The notes below the pieces were generated by a model. The model saw only the letters and a program-made list of their open reading frames with translations, was not told the DNA's origin and ran no database searches. The position numbers and the translations under genes are program-made. DNA of 64,000 nucleotides from Eledone cirrhosa (lineage: Eukaryota): positions 245,954,001 to 246,018,000 of the forward strand of contig OZ024742.1 of assembly GCA_964016885.1 (NCBI GenBank), given 5' to 3'. Below, piece after piece: positions 54,101 to 61,100 of this stretch (position 1 is the stretch's first letter; every line of letters begins with the position of its first letter).

Positions 54101-55069
54101 TTTGCAGTCTCATCTTCTAGAATATTTCCCTGGGTGTGAAAGAATAACCAAAGACAAAAATCAGATGGAACAACAACAAAAGTTTTAAGGTTATTTTTTC
54201 TGTTAAAGCATGGTTTAGTCCCCCCCCCCCCCCACTATCCCATAACAAGCTTTTGCATTTTGCACTATTGCTTGCAAACCTCACAAACCCCACTAACTTT
54301 CATTTCCTCCATTTTTAGATATATCTTTGTTGATCTACCCCTTCCTCTAAATATGGGCACACTGAAAGGTAGATCCAGGGAAAATTGTGCAAATATTTGA
54401 AAGGAAACAAATGGATGTATGCTGTGTTCAAGTAAGATGGAGGAGAGCTTCAACAAGACTATTCATAGGCAAACAGCATAGATAAAAGCTGAATATGATA
54501 ATTGTTTCTACTTTTAGCACAAGGCCAGCAATTATCCAGTAGATTACTGGTACTTTATTTTATCGACCCCGTAAGGATGAAAGGCAAAGTTAACCTCGGC
54601 GGGATTTGAACTCAGAATGGCAAGGGCCATAACTCTATACGTCAAAGCATGGCGTCCAACCCTCTACCGATACTGCCAAAGCTGAATATGATAATGGCAA
54701 CAAAATATGTACTGGTAATGTGAACAGAAATGATGATGAAAGAGATAGTGATAATGTTGCTGATTGCAAGGAAGATGGTCATGATGAAAATTATAATTGA
54801 GACAGATTTGAAGTCTGACCTCTGATACTGTTAGCACTTCAAGAATTTTATCTTCTATCTGTTTTAGTAGTCTCTTATTGTCAGCACCCTGCACAATCAG
54901 CTCATTCTTCTTTTCCTCCAGTTTTGGTTTCTCTTTTGCTGCCACAATACCCAGCAGCTGGTCTTGTAGTCCATGTGGTGTGATCATGAAGTTTAGCAGG
55001 CATACCTGTAAATGAATAGTACAGGTGTTGGCTTAATTAGAAATACATACTATGCACACATGTACACAT

Positions 55070-55150
<81 letters not shown>

Positions 55151-58100
55151 AATACATACACATATGATTTAATTTTCCAAATAACAAGGAATTTGGTGCT
55201 AGTGCTTATTTCTGTAGTTTCCTTGTCATAAGGGAGACTGAGCCAGAAATAGTATCAACTAGTATATAGCAATTACCTGTAAACTCACCTCTCACTATAG
55301 GTCACTCAAATACTCTCATGCTCAGGCAGGTAAGCACACTGACAGACAGGCAGATTGATAGATATAGATAAAAATGTTTGTAGAAGATGGTGAGAATAAC
55401 ACATCCATAAAAGATCAAACTGAATATTAAAAAAAAGTCTAAAGTCTGTCTCAAACCTGGAGGCTCATCGGGCCAATGCTTATCCCAGTTTCCATGGCAT
55501 TACGTGAGAGTAAAAGACCCCGCCCTCCCACTGGACAGGATGCCAGTCCATGACAGGGTTAAACCACCAGCTGTAGCTGGTACTCATTTTCAGCTGAGTA
55601 TACTGGAGCAACATGAAATGAAGTGTTTTGTTCAAGAACCCAACACACAACTCAGTCCAGGAATTGAACCCTCAACATTATGATCATAAGTCCAACACCC
55701 TTACCACTAGGCCACCCCATCCACAAATATAAGAGAACTGATAAAAATGACAAAGGTAATTACCTTGACAGAGATTTCTGGTAAATAGTGTGGATTCCTT
55801 AGCCGTGTTGTGATATAAAGACGGAATTGTTGAGAGTACTCAATCACATTGTCTCCAAGACGCATGTACTCCACACCCTGTTGCTTGAAGGTTGATTTCT
55901 GTAGCACTGGCTCAAGGAGAGGATCGAGTTCCTCACCGACATTCTCTAACAACAGTGGTGTCCCAAACTGAATGCAGTTTTCCAATGTTCGCACATAGTT
56001 ACTGTCAGACAACTTGATGATGGCCAAGTTGTTGGCTTTCTCCATGTTCTTTATCCATTTATTGGCTTGTCCTGCAAGTTCATCAATGCAATAAATTGCA
56101 CATGACATAAAAAGGCAAAAAAAAAAAAAGAGAAATCAATGTATTGTAAAATACTACTTCAAGAGTTGCTGCTTAGCTCTGGTAGATGAGAAGTAGATGA
56201 GAAATAAATCTACACATACAAACACACACATACATACATGCATACACACACATGCATACATACAAACATACATACTCACAAATACATACACACACATTCA
56301 TGCATACACATAGAAGTTCTCTTGAGAGATAAGTCTCTCCTAACCAATCAAGCATCATAATGTGGTGGACATTTGATACCACATATGACTGGAGCAGTAG
56401 ATAAGACACTACGTACCTTGTGGGTCAATCATAAGGGGCCATCGCCGTGACTTGGAAGTGATGATAGCATTATCGATACTGAAATTATCTGCTGGAAGTC
56501 CTGATATCTGCCATTCACGGATCTTCACTTGGTCTCCAAGACATGTATTCAAGGAAAAGTCAGAGGAACACGGGATATTTTTTTTTTCACACATTTCTAC
56601 CCATTCTTCTATCATGGTCTACAAAATACAAGAATTTCACAAATGTGTATTGCACAAACTAGAGATATCTGATTCACTGTTGATGTTGTTACAGTGTAAC
56701 ACACATGGCCGAGTGGGTTATACTGTAACACACAGAGTAGGTATAGTTAGGGCTAAAGTTAGGGTTAGTAATGTGTCCTGTTATTTGAGTTACAGTGTAA
56801 CACACACAACAGAAGGAGTTATACTGTAACATACAGGGTAGATATAGTTACAGTGTAATACATCTTTTTATTTGAGTTACAATGGAGGCACATGGCTTAG
56901 TGGTTAGAGCATTGGCCTTGCAATCGAAAGGTTGTGAGTTCAATTCTCAGACCGGGTGATGTGTTGTTTCCTTGAGCAAGACACTTTATTTCACATTGCT
57001 CCAGTTTACTCAGCTGTAGAAATGAGATGATAGGGACTGGGGTCCCTATCATTCTACTGCAAAGTGGCCGTGGAGGTGCCATGGCAAAAAAAGCACCCAA
57101 CACTCACTGTAAATGAGGTTGGTGTTAGGAAGGGCATCCAGCTGTAGAAATGAAGCTAGAATCAGTCCCCGTCCCACCCTTGCAAGCAGGGAAAAGTGGA
57201 CGTAAAATGATGATGATGATGACAGTGTAACACAGATGGCAGAGTGAGTTATACTATAACACACAGGGTAGATATAGTTAGGGTTAAAATTAGGGTTAGT
57301 AATGTGTCCTGTTATTTGAGTTACAGTGTAACACACACAACAGAAGGAGTTATAATGTAACATACAGGGTAGATATAGTTAGTGTAATATATACTGTTAT
57401 TTGATTTACAGAGTAGCATATATATCTACACTGTATGTAACATAGTGTAGATATAGTTACAATGTAACACATACTGTTACTTAAGTTACAGTGTAGCACA
57501 CATGCTACATGTTGGTTGTACTGTAACATACACTGTAGATATATTTAAACTGTAACACATACTGTAAATAAGATTATGAAGGCAGCAGATGGATGTTACA
57601 CTGTAACACATAATGACAAAATGTTTATTATGTAACACACTATCTAAATAAAATTACAATGCAATACATATGGCAGATAGGAGCAATATTGTAACAAACT
57701 GTAGGTATATTTATAGTTACAATGTAACAGACATGATATTTTTATAGTGTAAGAGACGGTCATTATCACTAGTTGTACATCTTTGAGACAGAATTCTAGG
57801 GCCAGGTACCCAGTCACCATCATCATTTGTATATCTTTGAGGCAGAATTCTAGGGCCAGGTACCCAGTCACCATCATCATTTGTATATCTTTGAGGCAGA
57901 ATTCTGGGGTCAGGTAACCAGCCTGGCACTAACCATCACTCGTTTTTTAAGTAAGGTATGGATCTTTACACTTCTAATGACTGAGCAGCAGGAGCTCTGT
58001 GATGTTGAATACAAAAAGAAAAAAACACAACAACACATACACATATATACTCACACACATACATACATACAAAATAGCTTCCCAATATTACCTGGGAAAT

Positions 58101-61100
58101 GAAAAACTCAGTTTGTGAACACGTGTCCATGTCAGTGTTCTAGCTCTGGTCTCACAACGTAGAGGTTTGACAAATAGAAGTTGACAAAATAAGTAATAAG
58201 TTCTTGTGAAGTAGTGACACAAGCATTGAGAGAGTTAGGAATGAGGGAATGGTTGGTTAGAGAAGTGATGACAATGTATGATATTGAGAGTGCAGCCATA
58301 AGACAGAAACAGTTATAAGTTTGAATATTGGAAAGACAAAAGTGACTGCTAGTTGTAAAGCATATGGTGAGATAGAAATAACAAGAAGGTAGTCATGTCC
58401 AATGTACAGGAAAGGTGTTGGAGTGAACTCTATTAAATGTATGATATTCACCTTCATACCTTTTGCCTCCCTTCACACCACTACATTGAAAATGTAGTGG
58501 TGTGAAGGGATTATGAAATAATATGGCAACTATATTTAAGTGTAAAATATTTATGGGGACAACAGTAACCTTACTCGCCAGATATATACCACACAGGACA
58601 AAGTAAAAGAAATCATGCCCTTCAGAAAAAAACATACCAGACACTCCCAGCATTACATCAACCAACCTACACCAATTACTTGTACAGGGCAGTGGATGTT
58701 ATTAGGTAGCAGTTGTCATATGTGGTTTCTATAATACTCTGCAGCAACCCTATTATGTAATTGTCATTGTACCCACATAGAACAATCACCAAAATTAATA
58801 ATCTCTAACTATATACTTTTAACAAATATGAACCAATACAGAGACAATCACCAAAATATGCCACATCCTGAAATCATCCATTAACCTAACCCAAACTCTA
58901 TTCCAATTAACAAACTAATAAACTCATTAAACAATCCCCACTCGAAAAAAGAAGAGGATGTAGTTTGCTTGAAGTATTGTGGAATATCAAAATGAAAAGT
59001 GGGTATGTTTAGGAAGCTGTTACAATGCAGGTGGGTTTGAAATACCAAGGCAACAAAGTCAAAAGGGAATTGAGTGAGGTGAGATAGAATGCAAAGAGTG
59101 GGTGAAGAAGAAAAATATATGGACAACAATGACTTATCGTTACCTTAGTAGTTTATTAGTCCTAATGTTTTAGATTTACCATCCATTATCAAGGGGGGTC
59201 CATAGGGAACTACTTCAGAAAAATTGAAAATTGTCTTTCCTACTTGCTGTTTATTTTTAACAGCTACTGTATTATGATTTAGACATATGCAAATGTGTGT
59301 GAGGTGTTGGTTGTCATCTCCATATTGATGAGAATGCATATATAAGGTTGTATGTGCATGTAAGCATGTATATATGTGTATGTAAATGTATCTGTAGGTG
59401 TCTAATGAACAGAAAATTGGAGTGAAATGAAGTAACAGGCTTAACAATTTCATAATCAAATTAAAACTAAACAGAACCTTACACTAAACAATACAAAAAA
59501 AAACAAAAAAAAAACACGAAGCATTCAGATGCACTATAGTAATAAATAACTTCCATGTATACTAAAACAGAAATTTAAACCAAAGCCACCAGCTTAAAGT
59601 AAATCCAAATAACATAAAACATCATCACCATTTAATGTCCATTTTCCATGTTAGCATGGGTTAGACAAGTTGTACCATTGTGAGACAAGTCAGGTGACAA
59701 ATACTAAAGTAAAACTAAAACCAAAAACTTATAATAAATCCAAAGAGCATCATCATCATCATCATCATCATGAAACAATAAATATTGAAGTAAAACTAAA
59801 TTAGAAACTTACACCAAACAACACGTATATGCCAGCTAACCCCCATTAAACAAAGAAATAGACTGAGTTTGAATTGAAAAATACCAGATTAAAGCACAAA
59901 ATAAACAACACAAAACAATAAATATTAAATGTTAAAATATATTAGAAAACAAATTTTGTTTTTTAATTTTCAGCAAAGCCGGCTGTAAAGTCACTTAGTA
60001 TGCAAATGAGGCTAATCAGCCAATGTATACATTTGAGAACACTATGTATTCTCAGCAGTTTCAGTGGGTAGCAGCAACAAGAATACACAAGCTTGATAAG
60101 GAACAAAACACTCCAAAACAATTGTCGATTGTTTTCTCTCAGCTACCGCTGGAACAAAAGGATGGGGCTAGCCATCTACTACGTGGTATTTATGAAGCTG
60201 TTTGCTTGCAAACAAACTGAATATTAATAACTGTTTCTACTTTAGGCACAAGGCCAGCAATTACCCAGTTCATTACTGGTACTTTATTTTATCGACCCCG
60301 TAAGGATGAAAGGCAAAGTCAACCTCAGCGGGATTTGAACTCAGATCGTAAAAGGACGTAACTATGCGGGAAAGCATGGCGTCCGACCCTCTACCGATAC
60401 TGCCAATCCACATAACATTGTGTTATTATAATATCATTGTTATTTACTCATGAATACATATATTAGAAAACAAACAATTAAATAGACCAAATGAATAGAA
60501 ATAGATTGATAAATTAACACCTTACCCCAATTACCATGTGTTTATGTGAATCTAGCTTACCTCAATTGACAGTTGAGGTAAGCTAGATTTACATACACAT
60601 GTAACAACTGAGGTATGCAAAGTTTACATAGAAATGTGGCAATAAAATGACCTCAAGTACCCCATACAGAAGTGGTTAAAGACAGGAGTGTTAATCCTAC
60701 ACAATTTCACTTTCCAAAACATTAAGAGCTATTATATAAGGGTTTAGATGTAAGAAAATAGTAAAATTAAAGACAATTTGCCATGGTGCAGATAAGGTAA
60801 CTACTGAGCACTGTGAGTTACTGAGTGTGGAAGTGGAGCCAGTATCAGGAGAAACATGTTCAATTAAAGAAGGACAACAATAAGCTTGGAACTCCGTTTA
60901 TTTTTTTAAGTGATCGACAAGATCCCAGACCTCATTTATTTATCAAGTAGGGTGGAACCTGTCAAATTGAACCAAAGAAACAATGTTTCCATTGGTCTTT
61001 CCATTGATAATATTATTTACCGGTTGCAACTCTTTGCTTAGAACTAACAAATACAATTAAAAGTACTGAGGATAGACACGTTCATCTCCGGACAACAACT

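Noticed and set aside
56755-57300. Telomeric TTAGGG repeats
   Set aside because: Only one or two units inside a duplicated flank; not an interstitial telomere array.
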